Part shown: positions 1-13,604 of the stretch, piece after piece
Position numbering within the stretch: position 1 is the stretch's first letter
Layout: every line of letters starts with the position of its first letter
NCBI RefSeq assembly: GCF_001194135.2
Contig: NC_069002.1
Location: 37,413,433 to 37,477,432 of the forward strand
Reading direction: 5' to 3'
From: Octopus bimaculoides
Taxonomy: Eukaryota
DNA: 64,000 nucleotides
The notes under the pieces: model-generated
Told to the model about the DNA's origin: nothing
The model's input: only the letters and a program-made list of their open reading frames with translations
The model's database searches: none
Position numbers and translations under genes: made by a program

Positions 1-203
1 GCTTTGCTGTATGGGAAAGTGCTTTGCTGTATGGGAAAGTGCTTTGCTGTATGGGAAAGTGCTTTGCTGTATGGGAAAGTGCTTTACTGTACGGGAGGGA
101 AAGTGCTTTACTGTACGGGAAAGTGCTTTACTGTACGGGAAGGTGCTTGACTGTACGGGAAGGTCCTTTACTGTACGGGAAGGTCCTTTACTGTATGGGA
201 AAA
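1..203. repeat. 20-nt minisatellite (GCTTTGCTGTATGGGAAAGT)n, runs off the window start
   Basis: About 10 tandem units visible; later variants read GCTTTACTGTACGGGAAGGT. Confidence 0.95.
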
Positions 204-1573
204 TGCAATATTGCTAAGTTGGCAAATCTCTGCCAAGCGTTCCTACACTGGATGGCAGTTGTGACACTTGTCACGCCTCAGATGACAGAGAAATTATTAA
301 AGATGAACTAATTTACTATGCAGAAGAGAGATTTCTCTACGTTTATAGTTTAATAAACATGGTTTTCAACTCGTTTTACAAATCTCTCCCGACTGATTCG
401 ACTTTGCTTTTCATCTTTCAGGAATCAATAAAATAATCACCATTAAGTACTGAGCTTTGTATATAACTTCATCTCCTTTGGACACATTTGTGGCTTTGTG
501 TCTGTGTCAGAAATCATTATGTTGTTCTTGTTGCTGTTTCATCCTTAGGTCAACTCAGATGTTTGGTCAAAGGTCTCTGTCTTGAATGCCTCCCCCCCTC
601 TGCCCTTTTTTTTTTTTGGCATGCACAGTATATCTACATTATCTCATGTTAATGTGTTTTTATTTTTTTAGATAATTTTTGCTTTTATCATATTTGTGAG
701 AAAAGAACAGCATTGATGAGTGGGAGTATCTTCAAACTAAAGACATTGCCTAAATACTTGCAATAAACATGGACCCCCCCTAAAGGCACCCGAGGTGTCA
801 GGTGGTTACGTTAACCTGGGTGGTAGGGTAGATTTGCAAGAGATTTGGGGTACTATTTGTGGCAGGCTGGAAACCACCTAGAAGCTCACTTGTTGACTTG
901 TAGAAAAACACTAAAATGGTAGAGTGGTAGAAACAGTTGCTGTGTTAGAGTTTAAATGTAGAGCCCCTCTAGTGCATGGTTACATTTCAAAGTTCAAATT
1001 CTGCCAAAGTTGACTTTACCTGTTATTCATCTGGATTGATGAACTAAATCTCTAAATATACGTTGGAGTTGATTCCATTTACTTTTAAATTTATGTCTGT
1101 TTGCCTGAGTTAGAAATCTCTCAAACAATTGAGTGATCTGTCGTATGACAATCATTGCATTCTGCTGAGGTTGGGGCAAGAGCATATGATGCTGTTGAGG
1201 AGATGCTTGGTGTGAGCAAAGAACAATTGCATAGTCTGTTCTGGAAGACTTTCAGGTCAGTAATTTTGGACAACTTTTAGAAATCCCTGACTTGTGTTAC
1301 TTGGGTGGGAGGACATTACCAGTTTCAGCTAAACTTTAATGGTATGTGTATAATGTGCACAGAGTAATTATTATTATTATTATTATTAGAGTATAAAAAA
1401 TAATGCTTTGCTGTATTTGTTCAATTCTTGCTGAGGTCAACTGGGCCTTTTATCTTTCTGGGATTGATGAAATAAAGTACCAATCCAGTATTGGGGTTGA
1501 TACGATTGACAAACTCTGCTCTCTTCAAAATTGCTGGTCTTGTACCTAAATTAGAAATCATTGTTATAATTAA

Positions 1574-1795
1574 CCCTTTAGCATTTAAACTGGCCATATC
1601 CAGTCAAAGTAATCTACCTGTTTTATCTTCAAACTGGCCAGATCCAGCCTCTCACACCTACCCTACAATATTATTCTAAAAATAAACAATTGTGTCATTG
1701 AAATCTCAAAGCTATAAAAGCTAATTCACGACTAATTCAAAACATTGTAAATAAATAATCATTACATTTGACAGAATAATCTGAATGCTGAAGGG
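1574..1795. mobile_element. piggyBac-like MITE, copy 1
   Basis: TTAA|CCCTTTAGCATT...AATGCTGAAGGG|TGAA: imperfect TIRs with CCC/GGG termini and a TTAA-type target site; internal sequence aligns with the copy at 5366. Confidence 0.75.
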
Positions 1796-2212
1796 TGAAA
1801 AGTGGTGACATAAGAATTAGCAAAACATTAAATGAAATGTTTGATACATCAGTTTTGAACCTCCAGGAACCCCCGAAAGCAAAATGCTCCCCCTCAACCC
1901 CGCTCTTTTTTCTTCCCTTACATCCCTGTGGGATCAGTTGACTGTTCTCCTCCTGTGAGGATGTTGTGAGGTTAAATTCTGTTTGAATTGACTTCACTTT
2001 TCATCTTTTCTAAAATAGAAAAAAAAGAAAATCTATTCAAATTCTTGTTCAATTTAATCAACTTTTCCTTCTCACCTCTTCGTTGATCTTGTAGCAATAT
2101 TAAATTATTGTTGTTGCTGCAGTTATTATTAACTCCTAATCCATATGTATCTTTCGATGGAGTAGAAAGAGAAATAAATTGAGAGAGAAAGATTGTGTGG
2201 GAGTGACAAAGA

Positions 2213-2249
<37 letters not shown>

Positions 2250-3350
2250 NNNNNNNNNNNNNNNNNNNNNNNNNNNNNNNNNNNNNNNNNNNNNNNNNNN
2301 NNNNNNNNNNNNNNNNNNNNNNNNNNNNNNNNNNNNNNNNNNNNNNNNNNNNNNNNNNNNNNNNNNNNNNNNNNNNNNNNNNNNNNNNNNNNNNNNNNNN
2401 NNNNNNNNNNNNNNNNNNNNNNNNNNNNNNNNNNNNNNNNNNNNNNNNNNNNNNNNNNNNNNNNNNNNNNNNNNNNNNNNNNNNNNNNNNNNNNNNNNNN
2501 NNNNNNNNNNNNNNNNNNNNNNNNNNNNNNNNNNNNNNNNNNNNNNNNNNNNNNNNNNNNNNNNNNNNNNNNNNNNNNNNNNNNNNNNNNNNNNNNNNNN
2601 NNNNNNNNNNNNNNNNNNNNNNNNNNNNNNNNNNNNNNNNNNNNNNNNNNNNNNNNNNNNNNNNNNGGGGGGGGGGGTCAACTTTGATCCAAGATGTTTG
2701 CCCATCCTGTATATTTTTCTCTTTTTTGATATAATGCATTATCCAACATCTTTTTCTTAAGATGTTAAAGTGTGATTTTGAGGGAAATTTGGCTGCCATA
2801 TCTAACGACTTAAAGTGTCATTATTGGTTTTGGATGGTTATAGTTGTTGTTTCTGTTGAGCCTCAGATGAGCCCTAATTCAGTTGAGACAAGTGTTTCCC
2901 ATCTAATAAATACTCTTCATTTAAATGCATTATAAAAAAATTTTAAATCAATGAATTCGACAAAGCTGGCAAGAGTAAGTTATCTTCTGATAACAGATTA
3001 TTGGTTGTTGTTCGATGTAGATTCAGCTGTTATTTCTAGTAGATCAAAAGATTATGTAGAGGCTTGCTCATTTTCTAAGTATACATTTTAATGTCTGTCA
3101 TAGTGGCTACAAGAAAGAATTTTCTTGAAAAGTCAATAGTTTTATTGTACCTGTTTGCTATTGCTAATTTTGTTTCATAAATAATTCACTAGGAACATCA
3201 GAATTTTTCTCTTTTTGATTTTTAGTAAAAGAGACACATAAAGTGTGGACATTACATAAATATATTAATAGAGTTTTATGTTTACAAAGGCTTTTGTTAC
3301 TAGTCAAGACGTGTGAATTGATGTTCCATATGACATTTGGTTTTATATAC

Positions 3351-3440
<90 letters not shown>

Positions 3441-3939
3441 TTATTTGCCACTTTTCCTATGCTGGCAGGGGTTGGACTGCCCACATATATTAGTAACAGA
3501 CTCAGCTCTGTATGACTTACACTTTCATGAGCATATCAGTCAGGAGAAAAATGAAAGACAAATTCACGATGGTTTCTAGATGTTAGGCCTCTCTTTGTCA
3601 GCTCAAGTCATGGAGTGTTAATGATGTGGAAGTAAACCGGCTATTTTCTTAGTTCTTAGACCCACATACTCACACAGGATGTTGGTAGGATGCTGGCACA
3701 AAAACAGGGCTGAGGTCACTGACCTCATCAGACTACTTGTCCTGGATACTCTAAAGAACATCCTCCACCCCCACCCCCACTGCTCAGCACATTGATAATC
3801 TCAGAAAATTTTTCAACTCACTAAATACCATGTGAGACCCTACCACATATCTATTGTGTAAGCAGAAGATTCCCCTGAGATGTTTTTCCTTTAACCAAAT
3901 TGTGGAAATTCATAATCAACATCACTTCTCTATCTGTGT

Positions 3940-4420
3940 CATCATCATCATTGTCATCACTTGATGTTCGTTTTTCCATGCTGGCATGTTTTGGACAGTT
4001 TGAAAGGTTCCGTTTTGGCTTGGTTTCTACAGCTTGATATGCTTCCTAATGCCAACCACATTACAGAGTGTGCTGGGTGCTTTTTATGTGGTACTTTGGT
4101 TTTAGGATACCAATTCTGTTATGGTGGGCAGGTCTTCTTGAATACAACAATGTGCTACATATCTTAGTCCTCCTTTATCTCCCTCCCTTGTAAGGCCTAG
4201 CATTTTGAGATTGGCCTTCAATACTTTTTCCCATCTCTTCCTGGGTCTCCTTCCCTCTTCCACAACTTGCCTCCATTTTAAATAACCAGAATCTGTTTAT
4301 GCAACCATCCTAACTATTCTTCTCTCAATACCTTAGTGCTCTGTCACACGTGTACACTGACATTGCACATCCAGTGGAGCATACTAGCTTCATTCCTCTC
4401 TAGTTTTCATATATACAGGA
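3940..4420 (-). mobile_element. 5'-truncated RTE-clade LINE 3' end
   Basis: Minus strand reads CGRG-RPRKRWEKVLKANLKMLGLT (RTE C-terminus), then a 3'UTR (..CATGCCAGCATGGAAAAAACGAACATCAAGTG) and a (TGA)n-like tail. Confidence 0.7.
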
Positions 4421-5365
4421 AAAGAATTTGATTTACAAGAATTTATCAATATTTTTAAATGGTAAGCTCTATTTTTGTAAACCCTTTCAAATACCTTTTT
4501 TTAAAATTTTTTTGTCTTTTATCTTTCTTTTCAAAAAAGTGAAAAACTGAAGAAAAAAAGACTAATTCTTATTTTGGGAATATCTTCAAGTATTTTATCT
4601 ATTATCTATTTTTACCTACTCTTCTAAATCCTTATATAATGTAATTTATTTTCTGGTGTGCTCCACACTCATAGAGGAACAAAGTTTCTGAAACTGCTGT
4701 CTATGGATGTAGAGAGAGTAGGTACTGAAATTAAATTATCAAAAATAAAGAAAAAGAAATATGTTATTTTGTAATTATTTTACTCTGAAAAGTGAATGAA
4801 AGAACAGCATAGAGCTTTCCAGCAAAGTTTCCTTTGCAATGAGTAAATAACAGCCACTGGAAAAGGAATTACATATACAGCAGAGAGACTGCCCTCTGGG
4901 TGGTTTTCTGCTAATTGCTAAATGATAGTGACACATTTGATTCCCAATTTGTGTATTTTTTCTGATGTGTCTAATTTTTCTGTGTATCCTTTATTAATCT
5001 AGTAGTACTCACTTGCTCAGTAAATATTTCTTTGACCATAATTATTTTTTTTTAATTGTTTTAATGTATTGGTCATGGTTTCTTGCACAACTGCTTCTTT
5101 CAGTGTTGTTGATATCAACATCAGGTCTCATATTAATCATCCTGTATCATGGAAACAGTTGTATTTCAGTTTCATATATTTTCCTTCTGAGGCCAATTGA
5201 CAATTAAATCAGCTGAAATATGCAGACAGTTATATAAATGGACTCTAATGTTGTTACACCCCAAATTATTGTTTTACAACCGTGGTTCTCAATCGCTTTT
5301 ATCCTTATGGACTCCTTTGATTCCTATTTTACTTGGGTGGACCTTCATAACCTGTTGATGTTTAA

Positions 5366-5581
5366 CCCTTTAGCATTTAATCTAGCCATATCCAGTCCAT
5401 ATATTCTACTTGTTTTATGCTTAAACTAGCCAGAACTGGCCTCTCAAACCTACCTTCCAATGCCACCATAAAAATAAGCAATCACATCATCAAAATCTCA
5501 AAGCTATGAAATAATGCAGGATTCAAAATAATGTGAATAAATAAACATTAAAGTTGACAGGATAATTTCAGTATTAAAGGG
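5366..5581. mobile_element. piggyBac-like MITE, copy 2
   Basis: TTAA|CCCTTTAGCATT...AGTATTAAAGGG|TTAA with intact TTAA on both sides. Confidence 0.8.
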
Positions 5582-5740
5582 TTAAAAAATCCTTTTATAT
5601 TTATAGAATTGAATATTATTAGGAATTGTATAAAAAAAAAGAATTGTTGAAAAATAATGTGTTCTGTAAAATTGTAACTGATTTTATGGACTCCCAAGGG
5701 TCATACGGACCTTGGTTGAAATACACTGGTTTACAAGCAT

Positions 5741-6472
5741 AAAGACGGTGGATTGGTAGTGGAGCATTGGATAAAATATTTTGTGATAATCCCCTCCCTA
5801 TGTGCTCTGTGTTCAAATCCAGTCCAGGTTCATTTTTGCCTTTAATCTCTTGATAAAGTTTGGTGTGCTAATATAGTTAACTGTAACTGGCATCACAGTT
5901 TGTAGCTGTTACTTATATCAGAAACCATTGTTGTTGTTGTTGTTGTTGGGTGTTAGCATTAGTGGAGCATTAACCCAAAGGCTGAGCAATGCAGTCTTAA
6001 TTTTAACCTGTGGTTTCGAGTTCAAATATCACCTTTGTTCCTCAGTTTCATAGTGGAGTTGTAAAATTATTGAAGTAGCAGACTAAGATGTCTTGTATTT
6101 AGTTGCATAACCTTTGCTTTTTGAGTTCAAATTCTGTTAATGTTCACTTTTATTTCTATCATCCCAAGGTCGATGAAAGGGCCAGTCAGTCTCATCAACT
6201 ATGCCCCCTCCCCCAACATGTGACTTTGTACCAGGCCACTGCTAGATATTGTTGTTGTTTTTATTATCATCTAAGGCGGTGAGTTGGCAGAATTGTTAGT
6301 GGCATTTTATGTCTTTATGTTCTGAGTTATAATTCTGCCAAGGTCAACTTTACCATTCATCCTTTAGGGGTTGATATAATAAGTAATATATGTGCACTGG
6401 GATCAATGTAATTGACTAGCCCCCTCCCTCAAAATTTTCGATCTTGTACCTATATTAGAAGAGATTATTATT
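5741..6472 (+). mobile_element. Four head-to-tail degenerate copies of tRNA-derived SINE family A
   Basis: Repeated B-box-like GTTCAAAT/GTTATAAT followed by GGTCAACTTT..CATCC. The best copy, 6273-6472, starts AAGGCGGTGAGTTGGCAGAATTG and ends AGAAGAGATTATTATT. Confidence 0.7.
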
Positions 6473-6608
6473 AAAGAGAATATCTTAATGTATTGCTGAT
6501 TCATCACTTGGGGTAACATCTTCAGATTGACCAAATGAACACCAATCTTTCACTGTCAACTCTGTTTCTTCTGGTTGAGAATTAATCGCTTTACCTTGCA
6601 GCACTGCA

Positions 6609-6646
<38 letters not shown>

Positions 6647-8026
6647 CCCTCTTTATGTATTACTTTTTTTGTCTGTCTTTGCCTACCTCTCTCTCTTACA
6701 TTCTCACAGATTGGAAAGAGGGAATGGTGAATAATTATAAATAATTTACTGTTTATTGGAAGAGTGCCAGTCAACTTTATGGTTGTGTGGGTGAAGATAT
6801 TTTACAGGTCACTCAGTCCAAAGGAGGTTGTTTATTTGTTTGTGTGTATGTATTCAGGTTGTACAGAAATGATTGCTTTTGGCTTTTTTCTCTTACCATA
6901 AAACCATTTTTGAGTCTAAAGCAAGTTGAATACACACATTCATGTAATCATGTAAAGTGTGTTTGTGTGCCTGCCTGTCTGCATGCACATTCTTGTGTAC
7001 AATTATGACAACTTGTCTCATTGTTTTTCATACATTTTGAATTCCTATTATGACAACCACTAAATTATTTTGTTTCATCCGAGTACCTTGTTGATAGGGT
7101 CTCTATTTTTTGTGTAAGGAAGAAAAACAGTTGAAGTACAAAAAAGGATATGTATTTGCTATTTATTTCCCAAGTGACTCAAAACATGTTTAGAGAATTC
7201 CTTTCTATCCATTTCCATACATTCTGATGGACTTTTTATAATAACATCAGGAATTGACTTTTTCTCCATATTGACGATGCACAATATACAAAATCAGACT
7301 GTTGGAACTTCTTGTGATTTATATCCTAGTTCTTGCCTCTTCAGTTATTGTTACAACTGTATTTTGAGGGTTACTAAGGCTTCATCCTAAATTCTAACAG
7401 ATAAGTGAATGAAAATATAGTTTAGTTGGTAGCCAAAAGCTTACTGAATCTCTTGATACCCCATATGTCAAAAATGGCAACTCAGTTTTGAAATGCATAA
7501 GGAATAACACACACACACACACACAAACTCTCTTTTATATATATAAGATAACTGGATCTGATAAGACAAGACTTCTCAGCCAGACTTGAGTCTTGGACAC
7601 TTTTGGCAAGGAGGGACAAAGAAAAGCTAAAATAGCAAAAATTGAGGAAGCTCGTGATGTGTTCTGGGTGGGCAGAAAATAACACAAATAGTTTCATACA
7701 ATGGTTTGAATTTTATTGGCTGTAGTGGTTTGGGAGTAGAATCCTTTGTCTCGAGACAGATAAGATATCAAGTAACAAGTGTTAATTGAAAGGAAACTGT
7801 CAGGATGGGGGGGGGGGGGTAAAGTGTAGAGGGGTGAAGAAGGCGCATTTATGGTTTTCTGGAGTTAATTAAATAAACAGAATTTATCTGCTTAATCAGT
7901 TGATGTGATGACAAGCAAGTCTGATCACCTGATCCAAATATCTCTAATCATGTGTTTCAAATTAAGATTAATACTGTCTTGACAAAAAACAACAAGCATG
8001 TTTCATTTCAAAACATGCTAACTTTC

Positions 8027-8061
<35 letters not shown>

Positions 8062-8619
8062 ATGCATACATATGTGTCTGTATGTGATTTTTCTTTATTT
8101 CATCAGCAGAAAGAGTTGTCATTTCTATTTCTTCCATGTAATAATAGTAATTGTTTCCAATTTAAGGACAAGGCCAGCAATTTCAAGGATGTGGGAATAT
8201 TTGATTAAATTAACCCCAACACGTGACTGGTATTTTATTAAGTTCAGAAAAATGAAAAGCAGAGTTGATTTAAGTGAGATTTAAATTCAAAATGTAGAGA
8301 TCCGGAACAAATTACCAGAAGGGATTGTCACCTGTGCTCCAACAATTTTGTCAATCTACTTCCCTCCTTAAATAATCATGATAATGTTGATTTCTAACTT
8401 CTGCATGGCTGCAAATTTAGGAAGGAATGTTGGTGAGTATATAATCTCCAGTAAATGTCTGAATTTGTCATGCTTGGAATCACTGAGAATGCTGAAGAGT
8501 CTCACGAAAGGGAAAGACAAATCTGAAGGAGGGTGCTGTATTGATATTCTCTCAATCAATTAGGTGCCTTAATTTCAGTTTTGTGGGTGGGGTAGAAAAA
8601 ACAGAATATGTAATAAGCT

Positions 8620-9000
8620 GTGTAAAAGATCATTATCATCATTTAATGGTCATTCTCCATGCTGGCATGGGTGGGATGGTTTGGCAGGAGCAGGCCAGGC
8701 TGGAGAGGTGCTTGGACTCCATTTGTCTGTTTTGGTATGGTGTCTATGGCTGGGTGCCCTTCCTAATGCCAACCACTCTGCAGAGTGTGGACTGGGTGCT
8801 TTTAATGTGGCACTGGCATGGGTGTTTTACATGGCAGTGGCATAGGCACTTTTATATGATCCTGGAATGAGTGTTTTTACGTGGCACCATGGTACTTTTG
8901 CATGGCACCATGGGTACTTTTACATGGCACCATGGGTACTTTTACATGGCATTGACACATGTGCTTTTACGTGGCACCGACATCTGTGAACCCACACCAC
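8620..9000 (-). mobile_element. RTE-type 3'UTR/tail repeat containing a degenerate ~22-nt tandem array (TGGCACCATGGGTACTTTTACA)
   Basis: Same CCATGCTGGCATGGGT..GGATGG..CCTAATGCCAACCAC sequence as 3960-4130 and 28105-28400; tandem units at about 8790-8990. Confidence 0.65.
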
Positions 9001-10849
9001 TAGGACTTCTCAGCTGAGAGAAGGATGTAGAGGACAATTCTGATCACAGGAAATAGAGGAGTCTTCAGGTTAAGGAATGCATTCAAGTGGGTAGGAACAA
9101 AAGATTGAATATGTCATCAGTCTTCCCCTTACAGGTCATCAGTGTACAGAAGCTTAATATCATCTCTATTGACTGTTTCTGATGTCTATATATGTGTGCA
9201 TGAAGAGTAGAAACCAGCTCTGTCTCGTCTCACTCATTTCCACACAATTCTTTTTTAGTTCTGCTACATTTCTTTCTCTCCCTCTTTCCTTTTTCCTTCA
9301 TTCCTTCCATTCTTTATGTTTCTTGTGACAATTTCTCTTTCGTCTGCTTCCTATTTTGTTCTGCTTTATTTTCATTGTAAATTCTTCCCTTGCTTTTTAA
9401 ATTCTTAATATCAAATAATTAACAGGACAAATAATTAATAGAATAAAAAAACCCATCTTTACTTATGTTTCTGTAAGTTTCAGATGCATTTTATCGCATT
9501 GCTGCCATCCATTTTTTTGCATTTGTTGATATTATAGTGTTCTAGTGAAGTTAGTTGACTGGAAGATTTCATGAGTACATATGTAGACTTGTGCATTGTT
9601 TTGGGTCTTGTTAAAATTGCACCAGTTTTGTTTCTTTTTAGTATCTGCTGGTGTTACCCGAAAGATTTTGTTCTACTCTTTAGTTTCCAGGGTCATTGCA
9701 CACAGTCTCAGTCAGATTAGTAACCAGTAAACAATACTAAGTGCTTTTTAATCATGCTATTTAGAAACCACTTGTTGTCATGTAACATTAAAACACAGGA
9801 TTATCCTCGCTATATTAATGACTTAAATAGCATTGTAATAATAATTGCAATCTTGATGTTACAAAGAATAGAAATTATATGAATCTTTTCCTTCCTCCCA
9901 CATACTCTGTGTGTTTGCATACGTGTCTGTGTGGACTTAATATCTACTTTTCTATGTAGTGTATTTGCGATAGAAATACAATCCAACCTGAAACTATTCA
10001 ATCCAAATCCATTTTTTTAATACCTTTTTCTTGTGTTTATTGTTTAATCAAAAACCCAAACAAAAGAGGTACTATGTGAGTTTTATTTGCATGCCACTTG
10101 CCTAGCAGGTATATACAACAAAGACCATACTTGCCTTGCTCTCCTCTGGTTGTTGCATGTCCTCTCAAGTTTGACACTTGTTACACATTCTGTATAACTC
10201 AAAGGTCATATAGAGGAATAATAAAAAAAAAATCCACTTTATGATCTCTCATATGATATTACTGATTGTAGGGCTTGCTAAAGACTAACTCTATAGCACA
10301 GTGATATTGAAGCTTATTAACCCAACTTGTCAAAATTTTAGTTTCTGTAATAATTATGTTATTGGAGTATATATATGTATTTTGGTTTTAGGTAAACACT
10401 TAGAGATAGGTTTTTTTTATAACATGACATTGCAGGGAGATTTTTTTTCCAAGACCCATCAACTATTACCTAAAACCTTGAGTACTTCACAGGTTTGCTA
10501 GCACAGTTACACTAGATAAGTGATACATTATCATGCGATATCTGCATTGATTGAAACAACTTAACAGTCAGCAATTATGTGATGTCTAATGTCTATCTGG
10601 ATCTCTGGTGTCCAACCATCTAGGAGTCTGTAATCATGTGATGTCTTTTTTTGTGTGTGTGAGGAGCACTAAGTCAGACAAGTGTCAACTATATCTAAGA
10701 AAAGTAGTTTCTTGACTTGCTAGAAAAACCACCCTAATCATACCCATACCATTACAATTCTGCATTATGTCTATAAGTTGATCAACCGCATAGAGTCTAC
10801 ATCCTTACGTGTTATTGCTGTGTTGAATGCAAGCTATTGTTTGTGTTGT

Positions 10850-11080
10850 GTGTGTCTTGATAAATAATTATACCTGTTACGTCTCTCAAAGCATTCGCCA
10901 TAGCTTGCTGAAAGATAGCTCTTGCTGTTTTTGTACCATGTGGTAGATGCAGCCATCTCAATAAGTCAAGTGGGGTACGAACAGTCATTATTTCCTGGGC
11001 CTCATCTGATATTTCAATTTGATAGTATGTTCCAACCAAATCAATTTTTGCAAAATATTTCATACATGCTAACTTGGAGG
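10850..11080 (-). mobile_element. Ty3/gypsy LTR-retrotransposon reverse transcriptase fragment (degenerate)
   Basis: KYFAKIDLVGTYYQIEI..TPLDLLRWLHLPHGTKTARAIFQQAM..DVTGIIIYQDT matches the gypsy RT pattern (KIDL..AY.Q, P.GL....RLPFG, YxDD with the second D lost). Confidence 0.85.
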
Positions 11081-11344
11081 GGTGATTAGGATTATATGTT
11101 TGCTATACTTGACTGTATGTATGTATGAGAAAGGTTTGTTTTATGTAAGTGTATATATATATAGACTATAGCTTCATGTGTGTATAGGTGTAGATTACAA
11201 GTTTTTATGTGTTGTATTGGTGTATATGTTTCAATAAATCCTCAAGTGGTCATGATCAAGTTATGAACTGATGATTATTGTTTTATTTCAACATCTATTG
11301 GAATATCTCAGACACTTCCTCTTCAGACATTATGCAATCTCCAA

Positions 11345-11412
<68 letters not shown>

Positions 11413-11809
11413 GCACACATTTAAAAAATCTTTTATCTTTGGATATTCACACTTCACTTATTAAATACCTTGAGTAATCATTAATTAATATTCTCTACCC
11501 ACCACAGTTATTATTTGCTGTCTAGCTCTATCCAGTTCTTTCAAGGAGGTGAGGTGAAGGAGGAGCAGACATTATTGTTTTTTTTTTATATTTTGCTTTG
11601 TGTTCTGACCATTTTTTTTTTATCTTTTCTTTATTTTGTCTCCCAGTGGTAATACAAAAGTATATTTTCAGAGAATGTTATTATTGTTGTTGCTGTTAGG
11701 TGGGATAATTGATGCTGTGTTAACCAAGACTATTTTTTGCAATTTGTTCTTGTATTACCTCCTCATTGATTATTGCACTTGTGGCAAATAATTATTAATT
11801 TTGGGCAGT

Positions 11810-12035
11810 TGATTGGTAAAATCATTCTAGCATCAGACAAAATGTCTTGAGACCTCATTTGTACCAGTTTTTTACATTCTGTTCAACTTCTGCCAAGGTT
11901 GATTTTTGCCTTTCACCCTTTGGAGTTAATAAGATAAAGCATTGGTCAAGTTCTGTGGTCAGTGATATCAACTTATCTCATCCTCTCAAGATTGCTGGCC
12001 TTGTACCTAAATGAGAAATTATTATTATTATTATT
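11810..12035 (+). mobile_element. SINE family A copy
   Basis: GTTCAACTTCTGCCAAGGTTGA..GCCTTTCACCCTTTGG..CTGGCCTTGTACCTA..AGAAATTATTATT. Confidence 0.7.
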
Positions 12036-13604
12036 TGTAGCTCCATATCTATGTTATTAGAAGTAACAATAATGCTGAAAGGTATATGAGGGTAGCATGT
12101 ATGTTCTGGTGAAATGGCCCAGCTTACTCTCAATATTCAACTGTAGGCTGTAGATGGAAACTAGGAGAGAAAGGGAGATATAGAAAGACAGAGTGAACCT
12201 AGTGTGTATTGGCCTTCTCTTGTTTGCCTTAGGTGGCTGTTCCCCCTATTAGGACTTTAAAAAAATGACATCCTTGAAAATTATTCTTTTGGACCATTTC
12301 GATATTTTTATTATCTTCTCCCACATTGTGTAACTTGCCTTCCACTGTTTTACTAGTTTGTCCTCATCTTATGGTCAATAAAGAAATTATATGATAAATC
12401 ATTATTATAATAAAAAAATAAAAAAAGAATTGTTTCAGTAATTTTATTTTTATTATATGCTTTTCACTACACAACTGACTTCAGCAGTGAGCCTTGAGTA
12501 TGGTCAGTTTTTGTTTTCTATTGCCTGTACTTATGTATGAGTTCTACTAACAGGACAAACTTGATTGCAATATTTCATGGTAATTTCTTTGATAAGCTCA
12601 AGGCTATACCTTTTTATTGACTGGTAAACTTATATATTTGAGCAGTGCTCAAACTCTAGTTTCATGACATTATTTAGAGTTGTTATCAAATTATCCAAAC
12701 AGTGGGTTATTTGGAAATCTAGAATCATTGTTTGTAAGAGTATTAAAAAAATGTTGGTATAATTTGCAGCAAATTTCTGTTAGAGGATGTAACAAGGGCT
12801 CTCATGTTGCAGCTCCCTTTCAAGACATTAAACATGAAGCCTAGATTGCATAGATACCACCCATTTGTTTCCCATGCTATCAACTATTTCTCTTCATCTC
12901 TACTAAATTCTATACAGTCTCTGTCATCTTAATTCAGATAAACACATATCACAAATGCATAGCTAAAATATTGTACAGTTTGATTTACTTTTTGTGACCA
13001 AAATCCATGAATCAGATTGTATTTACCAAACTGACTCTGGCTTGGACATTCTTCTACAATCCTCATCATCATTGCAAAACTTCAGACATATCATCAAAAT
13101 GGTTGGATAACAAACTGAAGTGTGTGGGGGGGGGGGGGGAGAGGTTTCTTTGATTACAACCTTCTACAATATATTAAAGATTTTTTTTTTTAAATGAGCC
13201 AATGAATAAACTTTTATGCTGTCCTTCAGTCTTCTAGAAATAGTAACCAAATCACCTTTAAATAACAGGCTACTCTCTTAAAAGGAAAACATTGTGAGTA
13301 TAGGTCTACTGGATCAAGACTAACCTGGAGCTAAAGAACAACAGCTAATAAGTTATAGTTTGTGAAACATGGGGTTTTCTTCCACAAAGCATGTGTGGTG
13401 TATTGGATTTCCAGCTTCCCATATACTCAGCTATATTCATAGAATAGGCTAAGGGTGTTGAACATATAAGTGTTTGTTCTAAGCCCAGAATCAGTTAACT
13501 TCATATCACTGGCTGAGTTTGAAGAATTCTTTGGGTGATTTCTAACCATTTCACATTATAGGTATGTTAAAGCAAGGTTGACTGACAATATAATAGGGAA
13601 ACAG

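Noticed and set aside
1149-1280. Protein-like stretch AYDAVEEMLGVSKEQLHSLFWKTFRS
   Set aside because: Bounded by stops, no convincing acceptor, and no family I can name; possibly an old TE fragment.
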